DNA from: Octopus bimaculoides
Lineage: Eukaryota
Direction of reading: 5' to 3'
DNA length: 52,111 nt
Assembly (NCBI RefSeq): GCF_001194135.2
Contig: NC_068989.1
Span: forward strand, 62,769,178-62,821,288
Shown here: positions 13,201 to 27,028 of the stretch, in pieces
Position numbering within the stretch: the first letter of the stretch is position 1
Layout of the letters: every line of letters starts with the position of its first letter
The notes under the pieces: generated by a model
Told to the model about the DNA's origin: nothing
Databases searched by the model: none
What the model saw: only the letters and a program-made list of their open reading frames with translations
Made by a program: the position numbers and the translations under genes

Positions 13201-13333
13201 GGAAATCGATCTTGATATTGCTGTTATTACTGCTGTCGTTTCTAGCATCGATATCAACGCCAGTGTTACCATTATTAATATCGTTATTAGCCTATCGGCA
13301 TGGCTGTTGTTAATTATTATTATGATTATTATT

Positions 13334-13375
<42 letters not shown>

Positions 13376-13899
13376 CATATATACATACATATATTTAAGT
13401 ATATAATTATATAAATATATAATTATAATTAATGGCACTGGAATGCAAGCGCCTATACACTAGAAGTAGATGTAAATCACAAGTTCTCTAGTCAATTTAT
13501 TATGCTGCGATACTATTTGTCCCCCGAATGGTTTCTGATAGTAACCGAATGGCCGTGATGGGCGGTTAGATGTAAAGTATACGTGTGAAGTAATCTTTAT
13601 TGCAGAGCACGAAATCTTAAGATATTAGATTTTCCGAAATTTTGTACAAATGTATTGCTCATTATCCCCATTCGACGTTGGGTCGAATAGAGAACACATT
13701 TAGAAAGGATTGTAGGTATTTGACATCTAGTTCTAGCGTATAGACGTTGGCATTCCAATGCCCTTAACTATAATTATGTCTTTGTAATTATACAATTAGA
13801 AATTCATCTTACTGATACGGGACTTTTTATACGCTAGCCACTGATATAATCATTTTACATCCTCAACTCATAAGTATTTATCTATCTATCTATATACCT

Positions 13900-14165
13900 A
13901 TGTATGAACCTGCTCTGGGTGTCGAGAGCAATATATAGCCCAAACCCAAAACAGTCTACTTCAAAGGATGGCTAAGTACAGATCCCGGATCAAAATTCCG
14001 AAAAACAGAAAAACAGCATTCAGCCACAACCGACATTGGCGCCAATAAAAAACAACCCAACTTCAGCATTTTCCCCTTCTATCAATTCCGGGACGATACA
14101 ACCTGTAGTCAGAGCATTAATAATGAGTCATTCTTTATCACAAAATATAAACCACTTTTGACACC
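13900..14165 (+). mobile_element. PLE GIY-YIG endonuclease remnant of a second lineage
   Basis: TCSGCREQYIAQTQNSLLQRMAKYRSRIK...(frameshift)...QPNFSIFPFYQF...NESFFITKYKPLL; CxxC-YIG-like pattern. Confidence 0.75.
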
Positions 14166-14365
14166 ACAAATTAAACTATCACCAGGGCCTTACAATAACA
14201 TGCAAATATTAAAAACGATATATTGAAAACAGTCAAGTCACATAAATTTATTTAGAACAATTCCAATCACTCCTATTACCACCAGCACTGCTCACTTTTA
14301 GGTCACTTGACCATTTAAGAGGATTCCATCAACAACCTGCTACTGTCATACCACTCACGCATTTT

Positions 14366-14530
14366 TTCTTCTTCCCCTCTTCCCCTTCTTCTTCTTCCCC
14401 TCTTCTTCTTCTTCTTGTTCCCCTTCTTCTTCTTCTTCTTCCCCTTCTTCTTCTTCTTCTTCTTCCCCTTCTTCTTCTTCTTCTTCTTCTTCTTCCCCTT
14501 CTTCTTCTTCTTCTTCTTCTTCTTCTTCTT
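14366..14530. repeat. (CTT)n-CCC compound polypyrimidine/polypurine tract
   Basis: Direct: runs of CTT punctuated by CCCC. It produces the spurious poly-K ORF at 14315-14536. Confidence 0.95.
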
Positions 14531-16002
14531 TGCCACCTTCTTTCTCTACTGCTACTGCTGCTTAAACAATCAAAAACAAGAATTCATATGAAACTAGCTG
14601 CTGCTAACAACCTCGAAACCACAAGGTAAAAAAGAGAGACAGTGACAGGCAGACAGAAAAAAGGAAAACGTCCCTTCAATTTGAAAACTATGGGAATATT
14701 TTAAAAAAAATATTTCATTCAATTTTTCGAAAAAGTCGTAAAGACTGAAACCGGTACTAAAATGTTCTTCATGATAAAATCATTTTAGCATTTTCTGCCT
14801 TATACATACGTTAATTGTATTTTGTACACTTCAGTTTCATTTGGGGTTATATTTAGGAAGTTTTAACATATACAGCCATGTCCTTATATGGGTCTGGCAT
14901 TGCGTGCATTAGTCACAGAGCATTTGTAACTGTTCTTATTAAAGTGAATTGTGTAAAGAATGGGAAAACTATTTCAAATGTTTTTTTTTTAAATGAAATT
15001 TACGATAGAGAAAAAGGTATGTTAATAAATTAAACGAATAATGCAAAGTGGAATTGCAGGTCAAAGGCGGATAGTTGAATGTAGAATTTGATTTCAGTAT
15101 TGGTACAAATTGAGGTCAAAATCAGTAGTGGTCGAATGTTAGTAAAGTGCATTACTATACGCGCGCGCGTGTGTATGTGTGAGGAGATTGAGAGGGAGGA
15201 AGGACAGTGAGGTGAGTAAGGTGGTGGTGTATGAATGTGCAAGTGTTTGTGTCTAAGGAATTTAATATCAACCATTAATGTAAATTAAATGAAAGTTATT
15301 CAGAAAATGTTAACTTATAGAACCGAAGTATGTATCGTTGTGCTACAAGGAAACTATGAATGTTATAAACTAGATTTAGAATCCTTATACAATTGTGATT
15401 ATGGGTGTCAGTGTAAATATTGGTATCTCTATTTTTGCATAGAATGTTAATAGTATTTTGATGTATAATGCATCTTAAATTGTGTGATGTTCTCTGAAAA
15501 CAATTCTAGATGCAGAAGGCATTCCAAAACACTTGTGTTCCTAACATCTTCACTAATCATAATGTTATTTATTCTCATCTTTCCGGGATATTTAAGGGTG
15601 ACTGCATGTAAATATAGGATTAATAAATCACTGATATCAAAATCAATTTGTCGCCTTCATTTTCCAGGAAGAATTCTCCTTAATTAGAAATTTGTCCTTC
15701 GCTAGATTGGGTGGAATAACTTATATGTCATATTGTCAAAATAGAGCTCCTTCAGCATGAGTGATTACTTTCCAATATAGCTAAGTCCAGTATATCCAAA
15801 GTAGTCTGGAAATTACTCACGCAATTACTGTGACCACGAAATATATCCAAACAGTTGTCATATTTATGCTGATGTGTACCTGTATGGCATTTTCATGGAA
15901 AAGTAAAACATAAACGTATAAGTGCTGCATGAGAACTCCGGGTGGCATGGAAGAACGGCAGCGGGAATGTATTGTAAACCTCTGTGTGTGTGTGTGTGTG
16001 TG

Positions 16003-16033
<31 letters not shown>

Positions 16034-16807
16034 AAGAAAGAAACATGTACTAGGCACATACACATATGTGCACACACATNNNNNNNNNNNNNNNNNNNNN
16101 NNNNNNNNNNNNNNNNNNNNNNNNNNNNNNNNNNNNNNNNNNNNNNNNNNNNNNNNNNNNNNNNNNNNNNNNNNNNNNNNNNNNNNNNNNNNNNNNNNNN
16201 NNNNNNNNNNNNNNNNNNNNNNNNNNNNNNNNNNNNNNNNNNNNNNNNNNNNNNNNNNNNNNNNNNNNNNNNNNNNNNNNNNNNNNNNNNNNNNNNNNNN
16301 NNNNNNNNNNNNNNNNNNNNNNNNNNNNNNNNNNNNNNNNNNNNNNNNNNNNNNNNNNNNNNNNNNNNNNNNNNNNNNNNNNNNNNNNNNNNNNNNNNNN
16401 NNNNNNNNNNNNNNNNNNNNNNNNNNNNNNNNNNNNNNNNNNNNNNNNNNNNNNTATATATATATACAGGCATACAAGATATAGCATGTGTAAGTTAAGC
16501 GATAGTGTGAAATAGGTCTGGATATTTATGACGCAGTATTTTGTGACGTTGAGAATAAAATTTAGTCAGCCATTAGAAATCAAGAAAGAATAACGATCTC
16601 TAAAGCGATCCAAACTATCTTTTCCTTGAAAGGTTTATAAAAGCTTCCTTTCTTTTCTATTGTGGCATAAACAGCTACATGGGAACTATCCGGAAGTGAA
16701 TTATTAGAGCTTGTCTAATAAAATGACTGTGAATGTGATCTTCTACAATATAATTTGTCTCCAGTGCAACACAATGAAAGTTCATATATTTGCACAGAAT
16801 TTGTTGC

Positions 16808-16865
<58 letters not shown>

Positions 16866-18176
16866 GCAGTTTTGTTATTATTGCTTTTTATCTGTGTTGT
16901 AATATTATATCATCAATATGATCATCTGTCATAGCAGGTACAACAGCAGTAGTAGTGACATAATAACAGTCGTAGTAGTCGTGCTTTTGTTTATTGTATT
17001 TGCTGTATGACCCTTTTGTTCTTTTCTTTGCATTAGTTTTGTCGTTGTTTTTATCATACTATTCCATTTTCTCTTGTTGTTGTTATTTTTATCGTTGTTA
17101 GTGCAAGTATTATGGAATAGTTGCAAAGTTTCCTATGTTTCTGTAACGCGAATTGAATGCTAGAATGGCATCGGCCCTTTGGGAAATCAGTGCTATATAA
17201 CTTAAAAGTCGATAGACATTTATTCTGTTTTCCCCGTCGCAGTAACCCACGAACTGAACAGAAATGGCCACATCGCAGTTCAATGAGCATCCAATGAAAA
17301 CAATATGGCGTCGAAGAAAAGTTATTCTCAATGCTACCGAAGAAATTCCGATATAATAAATGTTGAGCTTTGATGGAATATTCAAGCATAACTAATGAAT
17401 ATATCTTATCCAACAAGGCTGAAAATGCTAGGGGAATCTCTGTAACCGGAAGAAGTTTAGGTAATAATCTCTTCGACATATATACACAAACGAATACATG
17501 CATATATGTATAAATACATATATACATATATATGTGTGTGTGGAGCGAAATTTATGGGTGTATGTATATGTGTGAGTGGGCGAGTATGGTTTATGTATTA
17601 TTCCTGACGTCTTTTGTCATGTATGGACACTGAGCGTAATGTCAGTTTAGAAATGCTGATATTATGACATTTAGTTTCGCAAAAGTTAAAGCGTCCTTTT
17701 GTGATGCACAGTCTCATTGCTGTGAGAAATCTGTTTCATTCACTGATGTTTATCGTAACATGTGATTGCCTTTAACGAGAACGGCATTGTCCTATAAGCA
17801 ATTACCCTCTTCAATTTCATTACTCATAATATTTTGAGAATACGGCACACGTTGCTTAAATTTGTATAAGCTATCCATGTCATTATATGTATATAATAAA
17901 TGTTATGCATACATTTATTATGATATGTAAATATATATTTCTATTTTGTTTAGATACGTTCTGCTATTAAATATTTTCTAGTAATAGCTTGGTGTTTTCT
18001 CCACGAGGATATTTATCTTTCCTGCGCTTATCCTCACATTATTATAGAAGGAAAAAGGAACAGGCACAGGTAAACTAAAAGTGCTGCTTAAATGTATAGC
18101 ATACAAACAATATGTTGTTTAGCATTGACTAAAGATGCAGCGATTAAAGATCAGATATTATAAATTAAATTTTGTT

Positions 18177-18214
<38 letters not shown>

Positions 18215-20668
18215 NNNNNNNNNNNNNNNNNNNNNNNNNNNNNNNNNNNNNNNNNNNNNNNNNNNNNNNNNNNNNNNNNNNNNNNNNNNNNNNNNNNNNN
18301 NNNTATATATATCGAGATTATCTCAGAAATATTTTTCCCTATAACATAGAATCCTTATTCCGATTTAGCTTTGTACAAATAATCTATTTATGGGAATAAT
18401 TGTATAAAGCAAAGTGATTATTCCACAGATCGATCGGCGAATACATATGTAAAACAATACAGACATTGTGCTCAATTGATATGATTTTTATTGTGATACA
18501 TATATCAATATGATTAATTTCATACGACAGAGATGCACTTGCATGGCAAGTGTTTTGTTCTGAGGTCATGTTTAGAAACTGAAATGATTGCAGCTTGGTA
18601 GGCACAAGTTAGAAACACACAGAAACCATTAACTTCACCTAAACATTTATTGCTTGTAATATGATGTCAAACATTAGGTTTAGGCAGTTTGCTGGATGAT
18701 GGGATCATGATAACTACTATACACCAGACAGCCGACTTTACACACAGTACTATAAAGATTATTGCAGACTACCTGTCAAAAACTCCTCTAAAGGATTATC
18801 TAACTGTGGATAGATGTCATGATCAAGGAAACATTAAGACCCTTCATACTCCATTCACACTTTACTAAACCTTTGGTGACCTCGCTTGTAATCCGGAAAG
18901 ACTTCGTTGTGTTGAAAGTGTTGAAAGCGACCAAAAATAGCATTCTTGTTGTAGAAATATTGAGAATGATGACAATCTCCAAAACCACAATGACACACTT
19001 AACAATTCATGTTCCAAACACAGGCATTTGCTTGTACTCAATATGACAGAATCAGAGGGAAGAAACGTTTCGATCCCATGGAAAAGTTGATGAGGCCTTT
19101 GTATGCCTGCAATCCCGCAACAAATTCTGAAATAGATTAGATAGAAATATGAATAAGAAGACTAAATATAGTATTTGCTATATAATTGCGAGGTTAATAT
19201 TTGCTATATAAACGCTAGGTTTAAAAGTGTTCTTTTTGTAGACGCCACACATAGGAGTGAACTAGCTTGTGCATTTGAGTATATCCTCCGTACAACCATC
19301 TTAAGACGATGGTGGTAGAAAAGACAGCAAGAAGTATCAAGTCTATTCGGTGTGAGTCATAATCATTTGAGAAACACATCTGTCAAAGAAACAGCGTAGT
19401 ATGTACTACGAAGCAAAATATCCACTACAAAATTAAGAGCACACTGTATAGCGGAATAAATTTGCACGGGTCGCCCCGAATTCTAAATAGGGGAGACTTC
19501 AACGAATGGTACAAAGAACTCATTGGAAATGAGGAAAGGCCTACATTTGTGTTTTATTGATATATTCTAGATTGCCACAATGGCTTTTGAGTAGACTTGG
19601 ATTAAATATTTTGTGTGCATATGCCTGTGACACCACGTTAAGACTTGTTACTGAGTCGGTGTGTATACGTAAGTACAAACCCTGCACCAACAGTATGTCC
19701 GACTGGATAACACTCATACCTCTTACAAGCGCACTCCTCTCTAAATGCAATTGTTGTTCACTCAGTTTATCCCCTCTTTTATTTGTTTATGTATTTATCT
19801 AATTATGTATGCATATATATATATAGATATAAAATTTTTGTGAAAAATTCTTGATACACTTTTAGTAAGTAAAGAAAGATTTTCAGATTTTTTTTTTTTT
19901 TTCAAGTCAAATTCTTTATCTGAATTCATTAAATTTTGTGGAAAAAGTTTCTTTCTAGTGCGTGTAAGCGCTTTCGATTATCTTTTCAAACACACGTATT
20001 CTTGGATAATGTATGAAAGAGGTAGTTATTATTTTTGTAATAGTCATAGAAACAGCTATTTCCCGTTTCATTTCGGACTCAGAGTTTTCTTGAATTGTCT
20101 TTCATTGCTAATCATTTTCATCTAATAGTTTGTAAAAAGGGAATACCTAAATAAATTTTTACCATTAGTCATTATATGAGGCATTGATTATTTTCGGTTT
20201 ACTTTCGGATTTAGAATACTTATAAAGTATTCTTCTTTTACCAATAGTAGTTGACCATTTTCATCGTCTATTTTATAAAATGGGAATATTTAAATTTTCC
20301 ATCTGTGCAAATATCTAGCTATTCACTGCATGGGACATTCCTAAGAGATGAATTTCTTTATATATACATACACACACACACATTTATAAATATATATATA
20401 TATANNNNNNNNNNNNNNNNNNNNNNNNNNNNNNNNNNNNNNNNNNNNNNNNNNNNNNNNNNNNNNNNNNNNNNNNNNNNNNNNNNNNNNNNNNNNNNNN
20501 NNNNNNNNNNNNNNNNNNNNNNNNNNNNNNNNNNNNNNNNNNNNNNNNNNNNNNNNNNNNNNNNNNNNNNNNNNNNNNNNNNNNNNNNNNNNNNNNNNNN
20601 NNNNNNNNNNNNNNNNNNNGCCAAAATAATTTAAACATATATTAAAATACTAACGTGAAATACTAAAT

Positions 20669-21155
20669 TTATTCAATAAAATCGCCATTGACTTCAGCCA
20701 CGCCCTCCAGACGATTTCGGAATCTCCTGCAACTCTTCTGGGCGGTCTTCTTGTTTAAGTTGATGAATGCTGTCATATTCCTTGCCTTCAGATCATCTTT
20801 GGTGTTACAAGGCATTTTGTTGGTCTCTCACCCAGCTGCACCCGCCCCCACATAATATTTAAGAGTGCTGCAGTTTGGGGAGTTAGGTTGCCAGATACTA
20901 GGGGGTGATGTGGTCGGAGAAATTGTCTGACAGCCATGACTGTGTTCTCCTGCTTGTGTGCCATGGTGGTTTTCCAGCTTGTGTGGTGTGACGGTCTTCC
21001 AGCGAGTGTGACATAGGATGGGCTTCCAGCTTGTGTGGAATGGTGGTCTCCTGCTTGTGTGACATAGGGGCTTCCAGTAGCAACCCTCTTGACCCAGGAA
21101 GATGGATGGAGTTATAACGTCACCGTCACTAGTGATCGCTCAAAACACCATTTTA
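20669..21155 (-). mobile_element. Tc1/mariner-superfamily (maT/DD37D-like) transposase C-terminal remnant
   Basis: Minus strand: MVF*AITSDGDVITP...KRVATG...WHTSRRTQSWLSDNFSDHITP..IWQPNSPNCSTLKYYV...ETNKMPCNTKDDLKARNMTAFINLNKKTAQKSCRRFRNRLEGVAEVNGDFIE*. Internally deleted and scrambled. Confidence 0.85.
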
Positions 21156-21466
21156 TTGACCGGATTTTTGCTCTTTATCCCTATCGACACTTGTTTTAAG
21201 GAGACGGCAAGTCAATTGTTGTTCCATGCATTCACCAGCTGTTCGTATTGGAGCTTCTGGCAAGAATGCCAAGCAGTAGAGCATGTCCTTTCCAAATTTC
21301 TAGAAGAGTGAATTGAGTCATCGTGCTGTATTTCTTACGAACGGTGCCCAACTAACCCTACTATACTCTGTAGGCGACAAAACCAATCAAAATAATGCGC
21401 ATGCATGTAATGAAAAACATAAATGGCGACAATTTATCCATCGCACACATTACATTATATATATAT

Positions 21467-21518
21467 ATATGTGTGTGTGTAGAGAGAGAGAGAGACAGAG
21501 ACAGAGAGAGAGACAGAA

Positions 21519-21557
<39 letters not shown>

Positions 21558-21584
21558 AAGAGAGAAAGAAAGAGAGAGAGAAAA

Positions 21585-21640
<56 letters not shown>
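21467..21640. repeat. Compound microsatellite (TG)n-(AG)n-(GATA)n
   Basis: Direct. Confidence 0.95.
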
Positions 21641-21641
<1 letters not shown>

Positions 21642-22969
21642 AAGAACTGCGCACCTACACCCTCTAATAAGCTTGATTTGTTTTTCTTTTATAAACCAAC
21701 ACGAGATCTTCTGCATGTTCAGTAAACTTGCTAGAAATAGCGCTGAATACACCGTCTAATCATAGTCTATTATAATTCGAAATGTCTTAAATGCAGCAAT
21801 AATTAACGTAGTTGCCATAGAGGTATGTAGCTATTGAGCCTTATACATCTAGCTGTGCAATTCTTAATAATTGTGTGCTAGGTTCTTATATTTTAAACGG
21901 AAGGCTACCCTATCAGCACATTCAAAATTTTACTTCCACTAAGAAACAGATTCACGTCATCATGACAACATACAAAATTATTTCTTTGCACGGGTTGTTC
22001 TCGGTATTGTTTTACATTTTTCCAAAGCCTTGTATCACAGGGAATCAGAGAATCTTTTCATCTGTTCCAATGATTAATTTGCTAATGAATATGGGAAAAT
22101 CCTGTGCAACCCGTAACGATCAATGCATCAGCAAACACGTAGGTGGTCGAAATTTGTTGTGAAAAATTAATAACTCGTTTGCTGAAGGAAAATTGATGTT
22201 ATTTCATTTCTGTTATATTATTTGATGTAACGTTGTTGCTGATATCCTACGTTCGCACCTTCAATTATATTCCCTATCGATTGCTCATATGTTCATGCAA
22301 ATAATTTATATATTTCCTCTCTCATGCCGAGCAATTATTTACATTAATACATCACATATTTGCATTTAATACCAAACAATAATCAATATGGTGGAAAGGA
22401 AAGAAAGCAACCGTGTAAATTCGATACTTATATCTTTAAAACACTGACTAATATCTGCTAATACGTCAATCAAATTTGAAAGATTTTCCTATTAAACATA
22501 TCTTTAAAATTTCTTACCAACTGAAGAAGATAGGGGAAAAAGAAAATCACGGACCTCAATTTTTTGATTTGTCGGCATTCAATATAAGGAAAGTAAATTC
22601 AAAATTAATATCACATGTATCGAGTTCTGTGTTACTTTTAACAAAGAAATATTCTTTAGAAATATTTGTTATCATCAGATGAAAAACTCGTATCCTTATA
22701 TTTACTGAGAGCAATCGGAAAACAATATGTGAGCGGAAGGTATTGATCAAATGCCCTTTTCATGATTTACAACCTCTAATACATTTCCAATGCACTTGCA
22801 TTTTAATCAGTAAATAACCGAGTAATAACATTTTGATTTCAATTAAAGTACATTTATAAGATGAGTGACCTGGTATTCGTCATGTAGAAGTCATATACAT
22901 TTATGTACACACTCGCACACACATATATGCTTGTGTGTATATTCATATGTATATGTGTGTGAGTGTGCT

Positions 22970-23001
<32 letters not shown>

Positions 23002-23204
23002 NNNNNNNNNNNNTTAATCATGTGTTCAAATCTCAACTTAAGGTTCATTAAGCATCTTTATTCCTCATTGAAATTCCTTCAAATATAAAATGGGATTTCA
23101 AATTTAAACGTAAACCTCATCGGTATTCACATAATTGCTGTAGCTCGCATATGATTCCTCACAATATCTGTCATTCATAGGAAGATAACACTCGAAATAG
23201 TTAC

Positions 23205-23530
23205 TGGATTTCTGTAAGTGGTTAGGGCATTCGGCTCACGATCATAAGGTCGGGATTTCAGTTCCCAGCGACGCGTTATGTCCTTGAACAAGACACTTTA
23301 TTTCACGTTGCTCCAGTCCACTCAGCTGACAAAAAAAATGAGCAGTGCCTGTATCTCAAAGGGTCAACCTTGTCAAACTCTGTGTCACGCTGAATCTTCC
23401 TGGCAACTACGTTAAGGGAACACGTGTCTGTGAAGTGGTCAGCCACTTGCGCGTTGATTTCTCGAGCAAGCTCTTCCGTTGATCGTATCAGCTGGGACCG
23501 TCATCGTCGTAACCGACGGAGTGCTACTGT
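23205..23530 (+). mobile_element. tRNA-derived SINE (family B)
   Basis: tRNA-like head (AAGTGGTTAGGGCATTCGGCTCACGATC...TTCAGTTCCCAG), CORE-like TGTCCTTGAACAAGACACTTTATTTCACGTTGCTCCAGTCCACTCAG, 3' body homologous to 11812-12000, ends at (TA)n. Confidence 0.85.
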
Positions 23531-24001
23531 ATATATATATATCTATATATATCTATCTATATATATATATATATATATATATATNNNNNNNNNNNNNNNN
23601 NNNNNNNNNNNNNNNNNNNNNNNNNNNNNNNNNNNNNNNNNNNNNNNNNNNNNNNNNNNNNNNNNNNNNNNNNNNNNNNNNNNNNNNNNNNNNNNNNNNN
23701 NNNNNNNNNNNNNNNNNNNNNNNNNNNNNNNNNNNNNNNNNNNNNNNNNNNNNNNNNNNNNNNNNNNNNNNNNNNNNNNNNNNNNNNNNNNNNNNNNNNN
23801 NNNNNNNNNNNNNNNNNNNNNNNNNNNNNNNNNNNNNNNNNNNNNNNNNNNNNNNNNNNNNNNNNNNNNNNNNNNNNNNNNNNNNNNNNNNNNNNNNNNN
23901 NNNNNNNNNNNNNNNNNAGGGATCGTTAAAAAAAACGATCAATAGGGATCGTATATCACAGAAATGTCATGATGTAAAGTGTAAAGGGGGAAACAGATTA
24001 G

Positions 24002-26548
24002 TTTTTTTTTTTTTTTTCCGTGGGAAGAAAAGCCTACGGAAAAGACCACGGTAACCTTGGCCAATAATATCATGCAGAGAAGCACATTACAATAAGTGGC
24101 TCAATTTTTACCTTTTTTTCTGGTTCATAGGGTTATGCTCAAGGTGGCTTTGTCATTCTCACGTGCCATCCTTGCTGCATTCACCCATCTTTTCTTGAAG
24201 CATTCAGTTGATAGAACTTCCCTCTCTACTCTTACATTCCGCTTCAAGTGACACTTGAAAAAGTTGATGAGAGATTCACCAGAGAGGAAAGTGTCTGTCT
24301 CTAGACCTTTCAGACGCGTCCACCATACACATTCTTTCACCGCAGCCACAAGTACGATGAAAATGGCTCTTCTCTCCCGTTTCAAGGAAGGAGGCGCGAC
24401 AATATACACGATAGACTCGGCTGATAAACTGACTCATTCCACACGCGATAGCAGTCGTTCCACATTAGCCCACAAGTCGGAAATTGCTCTGTCCGCATTT
24501 TGAGCAGGTCGGCCCCGTGTTACTCGAGCCATGCCTGTAGAGCTTATCCCGAACAGGTAGCGCTTCCCGATAGCACTGCCAGGCCAAGGATCTCTGTAAG
24601 TTGTCCATAGGTCCCGGCCCCAAAGTCGTCTTGAAGAGGCAGGTTAGGTATTCCTCGTCGTTGTCCAGGTTCGCCCCGGGATCGTCATCGTACCTCCCCT
24701 CCACTAATCCCTTATGGAATGCTTTGGTTGTGTTGCAGTCGCTCAAGGTCGACCGGAACGGCATAGTTGCTAGAGAGCAACGCGACACGCGCGGTGCCAA
24801 TCGCCCTTCCTCGGCCTCTTTTTGATCCACGACTGTAGTTCGAGCATGGAGACGAGTTGCGGGACAGCGCGCCTCACAAACGGTGACCACACCTGTTCAC
24901 TGTCGTCTACGTAGAACTAGAGATATCGCAGTCTCAGCGCGTGTCTGCGCATCATCAACCACGGCATGCCCAGCCCTCCTTTTAACGGGTATTGGCAGCA
25001 AACGGATCACTTGACCATTGGAACGCTTCCTTTCCGCAAGAAGCNNNNNNNNNNNNNNNNNNNNNNNNNNNNNNNNNNNNNNNNNNNNNNNNNNNNNNNN
25101 NNNNNNNNNNNNNNNNNNNNNNNNNNNNNNNNNNNNNNNNNNNNNNNNNNNNNNNNNNNNNNNNNNNNNNNNNNNNNNNNNNNNNNNNNNNNNNNNNNNN
25201 NNNNNNNNNNNNNNNNNNNNNNNNNNNNNNNNNNNNNNNNNNNNNNNNNNNNNNNNNNNNNNNNNNNNNNNNNNNNNNNNNNNNNNNNNNNNNNNNNNNN
25301 NNNNNNNNNNNNNNNNNNNNNNNNNNNNNNNNNNNNNNNNNNNNNNNNNNNNNNNNNNNNNNNNNNNNNNNNNNNNNNNNNNNNNNNNNNNNNNNNNNNN
25401 NNNNNNNNNNNNNNNNNNNNNNNNNNNNNNNNNNNNNNNNNNNNNNNNNNNNNNNNNNNNNNNNNNNNNNNNNNNNNNNNNNNNNNNNNNNNNNNNNNNN
25501 NNNNNNNNNNNNNNNNNNNNNNNNNNNNNNNNNNNNNNNNNNNNNNNNNNNGCTCGAGAGTCAATACGTACAGAAGCGGCGAGAGGAGGCGTCCCTGACG
25601 GACCAAACGTGCAATCCTGTAAGGTCTCGATAGATGCCCATTCACGCGAATTAACGAACGGAGGCCTCTGTACAAGGCAGCTATCCTGTCGCGGAAGACG
25701 GGACTGAAACTAGCCGCTATGAGGACAGCCTCCAAGTATTGATGGTCTACACTATCGAAAGTTTTCGAGTGATCCACATCGATCAGGGCCCCGCGCATGT
25801 CAGGTTCCTTAACTACCCTGTCTATGATGTAGCGCATCAGGTGAGGTTGTAATGGATGCTCCGGCCCGGCACGGCGCACGTTTGCGCCTTGTCGACCAGT
25901 TTCTCAATGACACCTAGGCCAAAAGCATTGAGCAGAGTAATGGGCCTAAAATTATCTATTACGCCCCGCTCGTTTGGATCTTTCTTCAGCAGCGTTACGG
26001 CTCCACTGCTCACAAAACCAGGGATGTTCCCGTTTTGCTGCCAGTTGCAGTATATGTTGTCAAGACGTCTCCAAACCCGTCTGGCATACAACTGTAAAGC
26101 TCGTTGAGTAGACAGTTTGTCCCTCGAGCATTCTGCCATCATGTCCCGCACTTCAGCTGCCGTGATGGCACCTTGGCATCACTTTGCCTCTCTTGTCCAG
26201 AGTCGTGGCAAGCTGTGCAGGTAGGTACTGAAGTCCACTCTGCGTTCTCCCTCGCCACTCGTCCCGAACAGTCGGCCAAAATGCAGCTGACAGGCCTCAC
26301 ACATTTTACTTGGCTCGAGTAATTCGCGCCCTTGTTCATCTATTAGATTGAATGGTGCCTTTGTTACCATTTTGCGCCTCCGCCAACTAGTGTCCTTGGT
26401 TTTGTTGTTGTTAGTGTTCTTGATGGTGGTGGTGGTGGTGGTGGTGTCGGTAGCAGAGGAGGCAGTTGTAGCAGCAGTAGTGGTAGCGTCGCTGTTGGCG
26501 GCAGAGTCTTTGGTGGCGATGATGGTGGATGGCCTTGCGATCTTGGTT

Positions 26549-26580
<32 letters not shown>

Positions 26581-26755
26581 GATGGTGGTGATAGTGGCGT
26601 TCAAGCCGTTAGGTTCAAAAAATAGTGGTGGGGGAAGGCTAGGAAAGTCTTCCTCTTTTGTTTATGCAGCCTCGCTGGCGTCACGCGTGACTTGCGTGCT
26701 GGCCTCATGGTGTCCTGTAGCCATTTTCGAAAAAGCATGGCTAAAATAAACCACG
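24002..26755 (-). mobile_element. L1/Tx1-clade LINE, degenerate and internally deleted, interrupted by an assembly gap
   Basis: Minus strand: VTLLKKDPNERGVIDNFRPITLLN, GALIDVDHSKTFDSVDHQYL, VRQGRLLSPLLYVLTLE, C-terminal PTCSKC, stop near 24125, short 3' UTR, poly(A) tail (poly-T at 24002-24017). Confidence 0.85.
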
Positions 26756-27028
26756 ATGTCCTTCAAAATATTATGTAGATGTTAATAACGCTTTGGGGTG
26801 AATGTTGTTGTACAACTTTTAGACACAAAATATTTAAAAATAAACACTTGTAAATATACAAAATGACCAACTTACGTGGAGCCCCTTCGACTAGCGTCCG
26901 GAGATAGACATAGATAGGTAGACAGAGAGAGACACAGAGACAGAGGGAGAAATATGTGTGTGTGTCTACATACACATACATATAGATACACAATATTTCA
27001 TACATATTTGTGAGTATATATATATATA

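Noticed and set aside
17054-17527. 157-aa minus-strand ORF
   Set aside because: It begins in a (TA/TG) microsatellite and shows no recognisable domain; likely a chance ORF.
2027-25879. Long ORFs in the supplied track containing X runs (e.g. 4871-5821, 10950-11882, 15817-16515, 24966-25707)
   Set aside because: They stay open only because they cross N gaps and flanking microsatellites. Only the RT part of 25007-25879 is meaningful, and it belongs to the L1/Tx1 relic.
26660-26730. Promoter-like GC patch with GTCACGCGTGAC palindrome and YY1-like CCATTTT
   Set aside because: More simply the 5' end of the L1/Tx1 element; no evidence for a host promoter.
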